A stretch of 64,000 nt of DNA from Candidatus Moraniibacteriota bacterium (GCA_040772365.1 JAXGYI010000002.1:2762-66761), one strand, 5' to 3'. Positions 18,724 through 28,769 are shown, numbered from the stretch's first letter. The notes: generated by a model from the letters alone, not told the origin. Program-made: numbers and translations.

Positions 18724-19671
18724 TGTACAGTTAACAGTCAATGGTAACACTCTCTAGATACTTCTCATGAGGAGTCTTTCCATGTAATGATAAATGAATC
18801 CTTTCAAAATTGTAGTATTCCAACCATTTGTACGGATCCTTCCAAATATTGCCCATATTCTGGTAGTACTCTTCATCCATAGTACGATGTACTCTTTCTA
18901 CTTTCCCATTCCACCATGGAGACTTTTTAGGAATAAAGTAGTGAGGAATATCAATTTTGGTAAGCCATCTGTGGAATTCTCCTCGAAATTCACTTCCATT
19001 ATCAGTCTGTACAGATAGGATTTTAAACTTAAAATATCTTTCAGCATGTCGAAAAGCTGTAATAGCATTCGTACTTTCTTTTGTAGAAAATACAGTAAAA
19101 TGATACTTTTCCGTATAGGGATCAAAGACACTAAACTGGTAGTCTTTTTCCTAATCCTCCATAGACATACTTTACATCCATTTGTACGCCTATCCTCGGC
19201 TTATCTATCACCAATCTTTCTTTGAGTGGTGCGTACCATGGTAGCTTTCTCTGTGGCTTCCTGATAAGCATTCTTCTCTTGTAGTAGCGATAGATAATGG
19301 TAGTGGAGATATCTATACCCAATTCTCTCAAAACAAGCATTTTCATCTTCAAAGGTCCATAGTTTGTTTTCTTTTTTCTTTCTCAATAAAATTTCGAACT
19401 TCCCATGTCAACTTTGTATTTCTCCGTATACAAGAGTAAGTAGTGTTACCAGTTAGACCAAAATCTCTTTTCCTCCAAAGATAATAGGTTTTTCTTGATA
19501 TATTAAATATCTGGCATGTCTCTTTCACTGACTTATGATACCTATCCACTGACTGATACCAGAGAATACGCTTTTCTTTTTGATAACTTGGCTTTGGTCC
19601 AGGCATAGTGTTTTAGTTAACAGTGTTACCTTTTAGCATACCAAGTGTTACCGGATAGTGTTAACTGTACA
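18724..19671 (-). mobile_element. IS3-family-like IS remnant with about 27-bp terminal inverted repeats
   Basis: TGTACAGTTAACAGTCAATGGTAACACT at the left end and its imperfect inverse at 19644-19671; A6G slippery heptamer (GAAAAAAG) between the OrfA-like and OrfB-like parts. Confidence 0.55.
18790..19606 (-). pseudogene. IS3-like transposase OrfAB, disrupted (multiple frames)
   Basis: OrfA HTH (19349-19606); rve core W..MDVKYVYG / VQTDNGSEF / WNGKVERVHR split over at least 3 frames by a stop (KRLPV*) inside the catalytic domain. Confidence 0.6.
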
Positions 19672-19713
19672 CGGGTTTTCTCGTTCGCGCTTTTTGTGGT
19701 ACACTTGGCGTAT

Positions 19714-21126
19714 ATGATGTTCCATAAGGTTGTATGTGGTGTGTGTGCTGTGGTACTGACAATGGGCTTGTTGAGTCCTGTTTTTGTGACTGCCAAGAAT
19801 ACATGCACCGTTGCAAAAGATGGCGATGCGGAGTATAAAAGTATCGCAAAAGCACTGGAAAAAGAGTGTACGGATATTCGTGTGCGTGAAGGGGTGTACC
19901 ATGACGCCATCACAATTGATAAAGATGTGACGGTGCGTGGGGATGACAAGAAGAAAGTGACGATTATTGGTGATGTTACAATGAAAAGCGGTGCACAGCT
20001 TCGCAACGTTACCGTCAAGGCTGCACGCGGTGTTACGGCGGTGGAGGGTGCTACTGTTACCATTACGGACACGGTGATTGTCGGTGCAAAAATTGGCATA
20101 CGTGCAGCGGGTGGTGGCAAAGTTACGCTTGACGATGTTACGGTGCGCGATGGCGGCAAGGGGATGTATATGCAATTCGGCACTAAAGTCGCCATTAAAA
20201 ACTGCAGGGTGGAAGATAACGCAGAGGAGGGTATTGATCTGCGTGCCAATACCGATGGCAGTATTACGGGTTGCACAATTGTCGGCAATGGTGAGAGTGG
20301 TATTGAAGTCATTCTGGGGCGATCCAACCTGACCATTAGTGGCAATACCATCAAAAAGAACAAATCAAGTGGTATTGCTACGCAATTCTATCCGGAGGCA
20401 AAAAAGGAAGGTGATGTACGTATCACCAAAAACACCATTACCGGCAACAGTCACTATGCCATCAACTGCAAAAAACCAAGCGGTGGCAAGTCGCATGCGG
20501 GCTACTGGGATAATTCGCTGACGATGACTGGTAATACAATGTCCGGTAATAAGCACGGTGATTTTTCGGATGCGTGCAAGCTTGCTGATCAGACAATGGA
20601 GCATGCCACAATGACAAGGGCGGAAATCGCTGAGGCACAAGCGCGCCTGGAGGAAGAGCAGCGCAAGAAGGAGGAGGCGATTGCGGCGGCAAAGACGGAG
20701 CGACAGAAGGCGGCGGAGCAAAAAGCACAAGAGGAGCAGGCGCGCCAAGAAGAAGAGCGGCGTCGCAAGGAACAGGAAGAGCATGATGCGCGCACAGTGG
20801 TGGATGCAGAGGCGCGCTTGGGGGAAATTGTCGCGTTACAAGAGATGGCGCGCACTTTGCAAGAGCGCATGACCTCACGCCCGGCATGGAAAGTCTTTTT
20901 TGTGGGTGTGGATAAAGTAGCCTCTGGACAAATTGCAGAAAGTGTGCTACAACAAAGACAGAACGTTCAAGAAGTGCATGCGCTTATCGCTACGATCGGC
21001 GACATAGCACAACACGATGATCTTGCAGCCCGTGCAGATGACGTTGCACATGTTGCAGACGAACTTGAAGATTTTCTCGTCCAACAGCAAGAACGCTTTA
21101 GTCTCTTTGGGTGGATGAGGAAGTAA
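19714..21126 (+). CDS. secreted right-handed beta-helix repeat protein with C-terminal charged coiled-coil
   Basis: signal peptide MMFHKVVCGVCAVVLTMGLLSPVFVTA; repeated G/N/T-rich beta-helix turns (CTIVGNGESGIEV, NTITGNSHYAINC); E/K/R/Q/A-rich segment about 320-400. Confidence 0.5.
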   Translation: MMFHKVVCGVCAVVLTMGLLSPVFVTAKNTCTVAKDGDAEYKSIAKALEKECTDIRVREGVYHDAITIDKDVTVRGDDKKKVTIIGDVTMKSGAQLRNVTVKAARGVTAVEGATVTITDTVIVGAKIGIRAAGGGKVTLDDVTVRDGGKGMYMQFGTKVAIKNCRVEDNAEEGIDLRANTDGSITGCTIVGNGESGIEVILGRSNLTISGNTIKKNKSSGIATQFYPEAKKEGDVRITKNTITGNSHYAINCKKPSGGKSHAGYWDNSLTMTGNTMSGNKHGDFSDACKLADQTMEHATMTRAEIAEAQARLEEEQRKKEEAIAAAKTERQKAAEQKAQEEQARQEEERRRKEQEEHDARTVVDAEARLGEIVALQEMARTLQERMTSRPAWKVFFVGVDKVASGQIAESVLQQRQNVQEVHALIATIGDIAQHDDLAARADDVAHVADELEDFLVQQQERFSLFGWMRK

Positions 21127-21221
21127 AAAGATACTACCATATACAACAAGGGGGTTTGTTCCTTTAAAAACTCTCTAAATACATAAAAACAGGGATCCGA
21201 CAGGGATCCGAGGAGGGTGAC

Positions 21222-21515
21222 ATGGTCTATATAGCTGCAATTTATATTGCCGTACTCACTCTTCTGGGACTAGCATTGGGGGCCAGTCACTATGATTGGT
21301 TTCCAGTATTTTCCCAGCGGGGCATGACGGATGCAGAAATCGTTTCCGTCATGGGAGTTCTCACTGTGGCACTTTTTTGGATGATCTGGCGCGTGTGGTT
21401 TAAGTCAGATCTTCCTAAAGAGGCTCGCCACAAGAAAAGAAGAATGGCGCGACACGTGGTTGCGCCACAGCAGAGGCAATTTCTTCAATGGTTAAAGGAG
21501 GTTACCATATTATGA
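21222..21515 (+). CDS. small two-TM membrane protein
   Basis: GAGGAGGG SD; two hydrophobic helices. Confidence 0.35.
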   Translation: MVYIAAIYIAVLTLLGLALGASHYDWFPVFSQRGMTDAEIVSVMGVLTVALFWMIWRVWFKSDLPKEARHKKRRMARHVVAPQQRQFLQWLKEVTIL

Positions 21516-21535
21516 AAAATCTCCCACTCTTTCCT

Positions 21536-21601
21536 CCCACTTATATTTTAATGATGTACATCCGTACAGAAAAAATATAAGTGGGTTTTTTCTTTTGGCC
21601 T
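21536..21601 (+). terminator. strong intrinsic terminator (14-bp stem) upstream of leuS
   Basis: cccacttatatttt ... aaaatataagtggg followed by TTTTTT. Confidence 0.7.
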
Positions 21602-21661
21602 GTTGTTTTTTCTCCCTATCTGCGCTACGATACGGATAGGTTTTACGTATAGATATTTTTT

Positions 21662-24142
21662 ATGGAACGCTACGATCATCAAAGCATTGAAGAAAAGTGG
21701 CGAAAAAAGTGGACTGTCGCTAACGCATATAAAACAACGGAGGATCCAGACAAGAAGAAATTTTATATTTTGGACATGTTTCCATATCCGTCGGGGGTGG
21801 GATTACATGTGGGACATCCCAAAGGCTACATTGCTACAGATGTTATGTCGCGGATGAAAAAAATGCAAGGCTATAATGTGTTGCATCCGATGGGATGGGA
21901 TGCGTTTGGACTTCCAGCGGAGCAGTATGCACTCAAAAATCATGTGCATCCGCGTGTCGCAGTAGAAAATAACATTGCCACATTCAAAAAGCAATTAGAA
22001 AAAATTTCTCTCAACTACGATTGGGAGCGCGAGTTTTCCACAACGGATCCGGCATACTATAAGTGGACGCAGTGGGCTTTTGTACAGATGTTTAAAAAGG
22101 GCTTAGTGTTTCGCTCCGATGAGCCAATCAATTGGTGTCCGTCGTGCAAAACGGGGCTTGCCAATGAGGATTTGGAAGATGGCGCGTGCGAGCGCTGTAA
22201 TACGCCGATTGAGAAGAAGAAATTACCGCAGTGGGTGATTAAGATTACCGACTATGCGGATCGTTTGCTTGCGGATTTGGATAAGCTAGAGTGGCAGGAG
22301 AGCATCAAGCAGTCGCAACGCAATTGGATCGGACGCAGCGAGGGTGCGGAAATTACATTTCGCGTGGTATGTGATTCCGAACTCGTGTCGGAATCTCACG
22401 CGAACAATAAAGAGGTTTTGAAACAAGCTCGGGGTGAAGAAAGTGAAGAATTGCATGACGCAACGATTACCGTATTCACCACGCGTCCTGACACGCTTTT
22501 TGGCGCGACATATATGGTTCTTGCACCGGAACACCCGCTTGTTGAGAAAATCAAAAACGCCATTGCAAATATTGCGGACGTGGAGCGGTATCAAAAAGAA
22601 GCGCAGAAAAAGACGGAGATTGAGCGCACAGCGGAAGGGAGGGAAAAAACAGGCGTACAATTAAAGGGTGTCAGGGCAGTTAATCCGGCAAGTGGCGCAG
22701 AAATTCCCATCTACATCGCCGACTATGTGCTTGCTGACTATGGTACGGGCGCCATCATGGCGGTGCCGGCGCACGATGAGCGCGACTTTACGTTTGCAAA
22801 AAAATACAACATTGACCTTGTGGAAGTTATCGCTAGTCGTACGAATCACGTCATCCCATATGTTGGTTCCGGCACACTGATTAACTCTGGCGCATTTGAC
22901 GGCATGGACAATGAGAAGGCAAAAAGGGCGATCACAGAAAGCGTTGGCGGCACAATGACAGTGAGCTATAAACTGCGCGACTGGGTATTTAGCCGACAGC
23001 GCTATTGGGGTGAGCCGATTCCCCTTATTGAATGTGTAACGTGCGGATGGGTGCCCGTACCGGAGGAGGAATTACCATTGACGCTACCCGACGTAGAAAG
23101 TTATGAACCTACGGGAACGGGCGAGTCGCCTCTGGCGGCGATTGAAGATTGGGTGAATACGGCGTGCCCGATATGCTGTGGTGAGGCGCGGCGTGAAACC
23201 AACACGATGCCACAGTGGGCAGGATCAAGCTGGTATCACCTGCGATATATTGACCCAAAAAATGACACAGAAATTGTGGACAAGAAAAAAGAGAAGTACT
23301 GGTCACCGGTAGATTTCTATGTCGGTGGTGCAGAGCATGCGACACGACACCTGATCTACGCACGCTTTTGGCACAAGTTTTTATATGACATTGGTGCAGT
23401 TTCCTCTGACGAGCCATATAAAAAATTACAAACGGTGGGTCTCATTATGGCGGAGGATGGACGCAAGATGTCCAAGCGATGGGGTAATGTGATCAATCCT
23501 GATACAGTGATTGCGCGCTTTGGATCAGACACATTTCGGTTGTATGAGATGTTTATGGGACCTTTTGACGCGACGGTGGCGTGGAGTACGGAGAGTATGA
23601 CGGGGCCACGCAAGTTTATTGAGCGGCTATGGAAATTTGGACAAAACAGGATTGCAGAGGGGTTTGCTCAGGAGAGTAGCGTGCATATCGCCAGAGAATT
23701 GCACAGGACGATTAAGAAGGTCGGTGAGGATATCGATGCCATGAAATACAATACGGCGATTGCGCAGATGATGACGCTCATGAATGTTATGGAGAAAAAC
23801 AAAACAATGTCCGAGCAGGATTTTGGTGATCTGTTGAAAATTCTTTCGCCGTTTTGCCCGCATGTGACGCAAGAATTGTGGGCACAGATGGGCAATGCGA
23901 CATTGCTTGTGCACACGTCGTGGCCGACATATGATCCAGCTCTGCTTATTGACGACAGCATTACCATTGCCGTCCAAGTCAATGGCAAAGTACGCGATCA
24001 AATTACCATTCCTGCCGATAGCACAGACGCCGATGTAGAGGTCGTCGCACTTGCAAGTGAAAAAGTGCAAAAATACGTGGAATGCAAGACGCCAAAGAAG
24101 GTGATTTATGTGAAAGGAAAATTGGTGAGCGTGGTAGTGTAA
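21662..24142 (+). CDS. leuS: leucyl-tRNA synthetase
   Basis: HVGHPKGY (HIGH), KMSKRWGN (KMSKS), editing domain, 826 aa. Confidence 0.95.
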   Translation: MERYDHQSIEEKWRKKWTVANAYKTTEDPDKKKFYILDMFPYPSGVGLHVGHPKGYIATDVMSRMKKMQGYNVLHPMGWDAFGLPAEQYALKNHVHPRVAVENNIATFKKQLEKISLNYDWEREFSTTDPAYYKWTQWAFVQMFKKGLVFRSDEPINWCPSCKTGLANEDLEDGACERCNTPIEKKKLPQWVIKITDYADRLLADLDKLEWQESIKQSQRNWIGRSEGAEITFRVVCDSELVSESHANNKEVLKQARGEESEELHDATITVFTTRPDTLFGATYMVLAPEHPLVEKIKNAIANIADVERYQKEAQKKTEIERTAEGREKTGVQLKGVRAVNPASGAEIPIYIADYVLADYGTGAIMAVPAHDERDFTFAKKYNIDLVEVIASRTNHVIPYVGSGTLINSGAFDGMDNEKAKRAITESVGGTMTVSYKLRDWVFSRQRYWGEPIPLIECVTCGWVPVPEEELPLTLPDVESYEPTGTGESPLAAIEDWVNTACPICCGEARRETNTMPQWAGSSWYHLRYIDPKNDTEIVDKKKEKYWSPVDFYVGGAEHATRHLIYARFWHKFLYDIGAVSSDEPYKKLQTVGLIMAEDGRKMSKRWGNVINPDTVIARFGSDTFRLYEMFMGPFDATVAWSTESMTGPRKFIERLWKFGQNRIAEGFAQESSVHIARELHRTIKKVGEDIDAMKYNTAIAQMMTLMNVMEKNKTMSEQDFGDLLKILSPFCPHVTQELWAQMGNATLLVHTSWPTYDPALLIDDSITIAVQVNGKVRDQITIPADSTDADVEVVALASEKVQKYVECKTPKKVIYVKGKLVSVVV

Positions 24143-24666
24143 ATGTATAGGCCTACTTTTACAAGAAGAGAAGCCTCTACTAAATATCTTTTCATACTAT
24201 TATGGATCGTGTCATGAAATTCCTCAAATTGATTCTCATGGTCTTATCGATTGTTTTATTGCTGCAACTAATAACAGGCCATACTGTCAATACAAGATTC
24301 TTTACCTTTAGTAAAGAAAAGTGTATTGCCAAAAGGGATCGAGGTGAAATAATAGGGAGAATAGCTAGTCAGTGCAATAGACCAAAACTTTTTATTAGAA
24401 AATCTTGGTAAAGAAAAAGGTGCCTCACTCATGCAGTGCGGCACCATTGCTCTTTTTTACGATCTGCTTATCTATCGCCATAGACGATAGGTAGGCGTAT
24501 CCTCAAAACCTGTCTTATTGTGCCTGTAAGATGCGGAAATGACATCTCATATTTCTGGTATAGCCACAAAAATAAACAGACTGAGGATGATGCAGATCGG
24601 AAGAGCTATAAAAAATCAAACTACTTCCATATACTCCTCATCTCGTAACACTTTGGGGTGTGGATA

Positions 24667-25236
24667 TTATTTTAATTTCTTGATTTCCGTGGCAATGCCT
24701 ATTGCCAAGGCTTCTTCCGCAGAAAGAAATACCGTTTGATCCATCAATTGTTCTATCTCCTCCGGCGTCTTTTTCCCATTTGTGCAATGGGAGATAATGG
24801 TGGCGTAGCCTTGGGTCATAGCGGTATTAATTTTCTTCAGCGTATTTGGTGAGACGCGATTAACTTCAGTTGTGATAGGATGGAGAAAAATATGCGCATT
24901 TTCTGTTAGTGCGCGTTCGTTCCCCGCACAAAATACCACAACGGCGGCAGAGCCAACAATACTTGTGCCAATCGTATTTATTGCGGGAGGATTTTTCATG
25001 GTTTTTGAAAGCATGTAAAATCCTACAGCATCGTCCACAATTCCACCACCGCTATTGATGACGATGGTTGAATCAATGCGTTGGAGTAGGTTGTTGATGT
25101 GGTGAGTCATGCTCTGCGCATCTAGAGTGCCCGATAGCACAGTGATGGTAGTGCTTTTTTGTTTTTCTTGGGCATGAGCCTGTACAACGCTGGTACTGCA
25201 CAACAAAATAACAAGAATGGCGTGATACCACTTCAT
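24667..25236 (-). CDS. secreted ClpP-family (S14/NfeD-like) serine protease homolog
   Basis: signal peptide MKWYHAILVILLCSTSVVQAHA; INSGGG, GTSIVGSAAVVVFCAGNERAL...IFLHP, SAEEALAIGIATEI, parallel to the ClpP INSPGG/GxAAS.G/HQP motifs. Confidence 0.5.
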   Translation of the reverse strand: MKWYHAILVILLCSTSVVQAHAQEKQKSTTITVLSGTLDAQSMTHHINNLLQRIDSTIVINSGGGIVDDAVGFYMLSKTMKNPPAINTIGTSIVGSAAVVVFCAGNERALTENAHIFLHPITTEVNRVSPNTLKKINTAMTQGYATIISHCTNGKKTPEEIEQLMDQTVFLSAEEALAIGIATEIKKLK

Positions 25237-25385
25237 AAGGTCCTCCAAGTTGAAAGGTACAGTGTAAACACCCCAAAGTGTCAGTGACACCCTAGCATAG
25301 AATACCCATTTTGCAAGCGTTAATTGGTTTTCTATGGTCTTGATGAGGAAAATGGTGTACAGTACAGAGGAGGTATAATGCGCTA

Positions 25386-26141
25386 ATGATATACACGACA
25401 ATGGCGGAGTATAAGAGTAATCTTTTATTCTTGGATACGGAGGCGACGGGATTGGAGGAGGATGATCGGCTAGTGCAGGTGGCGTATAGTTTCAATGGGC
25501 ATGAGCGTGAGCAGATGTTCAATCCTGGGCGCGCAATGACGGTGCGATCCATGGAAGTGACACACATCACAGATCGCATGCTTGCGGACAAGGAGGCATT
25601 TCGCGATTCGGCGTTTTATACAGAGTTGCAGGAAATTTTATCTCGCAATGATGTGATTTTTGTAGCGCACAATGCACCATTTGATATTGGTATGCTGACA
25701 CGTGAGGGTCTTTCAGTGGGGCGCTTTATTGACACGATCAAAATTGCGCAGGAGTTGGACGTGAGGGGTGTGATTCCAGCGTATCGGTTACAATTCTTGC
25801 GCTATTACTTGAAGATGGAGGTGGACAATGCCGCAGCGCATGATGCGTTGGGTGATGTGCGTGTTCTCATTGCGCTTTTTGAACGGCAGTATACTAAAAT
25901 GCGTAACACGTTGTCGCATGAGGAGGTACTGACAAAGATGATGGATATCTCTGAGAAGCCAGTGATGGTGAAGCGGTTCAGTTTTGGCAAATATAACGGT
26001 GAGATGGTAGCGGATGTGGCGCGGACGGATTGCGGATATCTGGAATGGCTTTTGGGACAAAAAGAACAAACACTACGCGAGGGGGGTGGTGATGATAACG
26101 ATGCAAATTGGATTTATACGTTGAAAAAATATATTGCATAA
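25386..26141 (+). CDS. DnaQ-like DEDDh 3'-5' exonuclease
   Basis: FLDTEATG (Exo I), FVAHNAPFDIGML (Exo II), AHDALGDVRVLIALF (Exo III, H-x4-D). Confidence 0.65.
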   Translation: MIYTTMAEYKSNLLFLDTEATGLEEDDRLVQVAYSFNGHEREQMFNPGRAMTVRSMEVTHITDRMLADKEAFRDSAFYTELQEILSRNDVIFVAHNAPFDIGMLTREGLSVGRFIDTIKIAQELDVRGVIPAYRLQFLRYYLKMEVDNAAAHDALGDVRVLIALFERQYTKMRNTLSHEEVLTKMMDISEKPVMVKRFSFGKYNGEMVADVARTDCGYLEWLLGQKEQTLREGGGDDNDANWIYTLKKYIA

Positions 26142-26263
26142 GAGTGTGTGGACAGTATTTGTATTGCGGTGTAGTGTTGTTTTGAGATCTCGAAGCCTGC
26201 AGATTTGGCAGATGTGCACATGCGTGGTGACGGGGTATCGTGTAGATATTTTATTGTAGTACT

Positions 26264-27424
26264 ATGGCGAAAAAAATTGCACTCATGGGAAGTACAGGGT
26301 CAGTGGGGACACAGACGCTGGATGTGGTGCGAAAGTATCCGCGGAAGCTGCGTGTCTTTGCGCTGTCGGCAAACAGCAACATCGACCTTTTGGAAAAACA
26401 GATCAAGGAGTTTCGTCCAAAGGTTGTGGGAGTAGCGGATTCTGCTAAGGCGGAGGAACTTGCACAGCGCGTTGCAAAAACCGGGACAAAAATCCTCACC
26501 GGTCCGAAGATGCTCCAAGATATTGCCGTCATGAAGGGGTATGATACGTTTCTTTCAGCGACAGTGGGACTGACGATTATCCGTGCAACGATTGATGCCA
26601 TTCGCACGGGCAAAAACATTGCACTGGCCAATAAGGAAACACTGGTGGCGGCAGGGGAGATTGTGATGCGTGAGGCGCGCAAACATGGCGTGCAGATCAT
26701 GCCGATTGACTCGGAGCACAGTGCGCTCTTACAGTGCTTGAATGGTGAGAATCCCAAAACTATACAATCGCTCATCATCACATGTTCTGGTGGGGCATTG
26801 CGTGACAGAACAAAGGAGGAATTGAAGTATGTGACGGTTGCTGATGCGCTGGGGCATAAGACGTGGAATATGGGGCAGAAAATCACTATTGACAGCGCCA
26901 CGCTCATGAATAAGGGTTTTGAGGTAATCGAGGCGAAGTGGCTCTATGACATTGCGCCAGATCATCTTCGTGTCGTGATTCATCCAGAAAGCCTCATCCA
27001 CTCCATGATTGAATATACTGATGGGAGTATTATAGCGCAAATTTCCGAGCCCGATATGCGCCTACCGATTCAATATGCACTAAGTTATCCCGAGCGGTGG
27101 GAGCGCGCTGTGAAGCCACACCTCTTTGACCGTCCCTACACATTTGCCACACCGGATCTGAAGCGGTTCCCATGCCTCGGCTATGCCTTTGACGCTATGA
27201 AGCATGGAGGAACGATGCCAGCAGTGATGAATGCGGCAAATGACTACATGGTGGCGCAGTTTCTTGCTGGTGCCTGTGCGTATCTGGATATTCCTAAAAC
27301 GATTCGACGTGTCATGCAGGCGCATACAGTGGTACACAAGCCGACACTGGAGGATATTGAGCAGGCAATTGCATGGGCAACACATGCGGCACAGTCTATT
27401 GTGCAAAAGAAACGTGTGGTATAA
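26264..27424 (+). CDS. dxr: 1-deoxy-D-xylulose 5-phosphate reductoisomerase
   Basis: LMGSTGSVGTQTLDV, LANKETLV, full length. Confidence 0.9.
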   Translation: MAKKIALMGSTGSVGTQTLDVVRKYPRKLRVFALSANSNIDLLEKQIKEFRPKVVGVADSAKAEELAQRVAKTGTKILTGPKMLQDIAVMKGYDTFLSATVGLTIIRATIDAIRTGKNIALANKETLVAAGEIVMREARKHGVQIMPIDSEHSALLQCLNGENPKTIQSLIITCSGGALRDRTKEELKYVTVADALGHKTWNMGQKITIDSATLMNKGFEVIEAKWLYDIAPDHLRVVIHPESLIHSMIEYTDGSIIAQISEPDMRLPIQYALSYPERWERAVKPHLFDRPYTFATPDLKRFPCLGYAFDAMKHGGTMPAVMNAANDYMVAQFLAGACAYLDIPKTIRRVMQAHTVVHKPTLEDIEQAIAWATHAAQSIVQKKRVV

Positions 27425-27463
27425 TGTCTAGGAAAACCTCTAATACGTTAATGTAGAAAATGT

Positions 27464-28234
27464 ATGATAGTATTTCTTGGGAAAGCTGTTGCGGTACTTG
27501 CTGTACTTTTTGTGCGTATTAAGCAAATTGATCAGTATGAGCGCGGTGTGTTATTTACAATGGGCAAGTTTACAGATGTCAAGGAGCCTGGGTGGAAGTT
27601 CTATGTTGCTATTTTTCAAAAAATTAGAACTGTGGATATTCGTACTCGTGCGGTAGATGTGCCATATCAAGAGGCGATTACGCGTGATAATATCCCCGTT
27701 CGTGTGAATGCTGTGGTCTACTTTAACGTGAACGATGTCACAAAAGCTGTACTTGAGGTAATGGATTTTGCTGATGCCATGTCACAATTGGCACAAACGA
27801 CGATGCGCAATTCTTTAGGCGATCGATCGCTTGATGAGCTCTTGCAGAATCGTGCACAGATTGCTGATGCGATCAAGGAAGAGCTTGATGCAAAAACCGA
27901 TGCGTGGGGTATTAATGTGAGTGCTTTGGAACTGAAGGACATTGTCATTCCAGAAGACCTGAAGCGTACGATTTCCAAGGAAGCTGAGGCGGAGCGCGAA
28001 AGACGTGCTGTCATCATCAAAGCGGAAGGTGATCGGATGGCGGCAGAGAATCTTGCGGCTGCAGCAGAAACACTTGCACGTACGCCGGGCGCATTGCACT
28101 TGCGTACACTACAAACCATCAATGACCTCTCTTCTGATCAGTCCAATACGACAATCTGGATGGTGCCTGTAGAAGTATTGGAGGCCGTTAAGGGATTTGC
28201 GGAAATGGCACAGCAGCGTGAAAACAAAAAATAG
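27464..28234 (+). CDS. SPFH/band-7 (stomatin/prohibitin-like) membrane protein
   Basis: N-terminal TM; band-7 core with C-terminal coiled coil EAEAERERRAVIIKAEGD. Confidence 0.75.
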   Translation: MIVFLGKAVAVLAVLFVRIKQIDQYERGVLFTMGKFTDVKEPGWKFYVAIFQKIRTVDIRTRAVDVPYQEAITRDNIPVRVNAVVYFNVNDVTKAVLEVMDFADAMSQLAQTTMRNSLGDRSLDELLQNRAQIADAIKEELDAKTDAWGINVSALELKDIVIPEDLKRTISKEAEAERERRAVIIKAEGDRMAAENLAAAAETLARTPGALHLRTLQTINDLSSDQSNTTIWMVPVEVLEAVKGFAEMAQQRENKK

Positions 28235-28263
28235 ACCTATCAGTAACGTAATATCTCGTTAGT

Positions 28264-28297
28264 ACAAAAATCCCGTCACAGCGTTTGCGGTGACGGG
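28264..28297 (-). terminator. intrinsic terminator for the minus-strand gene 28320-28769
   Basis: cccgtcac / gtgacggg 8-bp stem; U-run on the minus strand (AAAAAT on plus). Confidence 0.55.
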
Positions 28298-28319
28298 AAG
28301 TACATCCGTTATCCCTCCT

Positions 28320-28769
28320 TTATTCTTTGGGTAGGAGTAATGGCAGCGTGAATTCCAAGTTCTCTTTTAAGATATATGCAGAGTACATCTCCTTCTGATT
28401 TCGTATGAATATGCATGCTTTGTTGCCATAGCAGGGACATGTACGGAATTCAATGTATGTCCCTGATGCCCGATCAGGAAGACGGGGCGCCTCACTCCAA
28501 CCTTGCTCTTTGAGAAACCTTTCGGTTTTCCAGAGGAGCCGGATGATCGCATCGCGTTGTTCTTTTGGCTGTCCGGCCGTGTCGTATTTCAATACGATAG
28601 GACCTAAAACCTTTTTGCTTTTGGTAATTTTGTGATATGATCGTGTAATTGTACTTGGTGCATGTGTGGGAGAGTGGTGTTCCCGCACTGCCGTAATAAT
28701 GACCCATACGACAGCACAGAGTATGATTATACCCCATATACCCCACATACGCTTCTCTTCTGCACTCAT
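28320..28769 (-). CDS. hypothetical membrane-anchored protein
   Basis: N-terminal TM; no recognisable domain. Confidence 0.35.
   Translation of the reverse strand: MSAEEKRMWGIWGIIILCAVVWVIITAVREHHSPTHAPSTITRSYHKITKSKKVLGPIVLKYDTAGQPKEQRDAIIRLLWKTERFLKEQGWSEAPRLPDRASGTYIEFRTCPCYGNKACIFIRNQKEMYSAYILKENLEFTLPLLLPKE

Noticed and set aside
18794-19018. Plus-strand ORF over the IS3-like remnant
   Set aside because: It is antisense to the rve-domain reading frame, which matches transposase motifs on the minus strand.
20365-20887. Several minus-strand ORFs (Leu/Arg/Ser/Pro-rich) opposite the beta-helix/coiled-coil gene
   Set aside because: They are antisense translations of the GAG/GAA/AAG-rich coiled-coil region. 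They are low-complexity and have no RBS.
21151-21215. Tandem 11-bp direct repeat cagggatccga x2 upstream of the 21222 ORF
   Set aside because: There are only two copies adjacent to an SD. It is too short to call a regulatory element.
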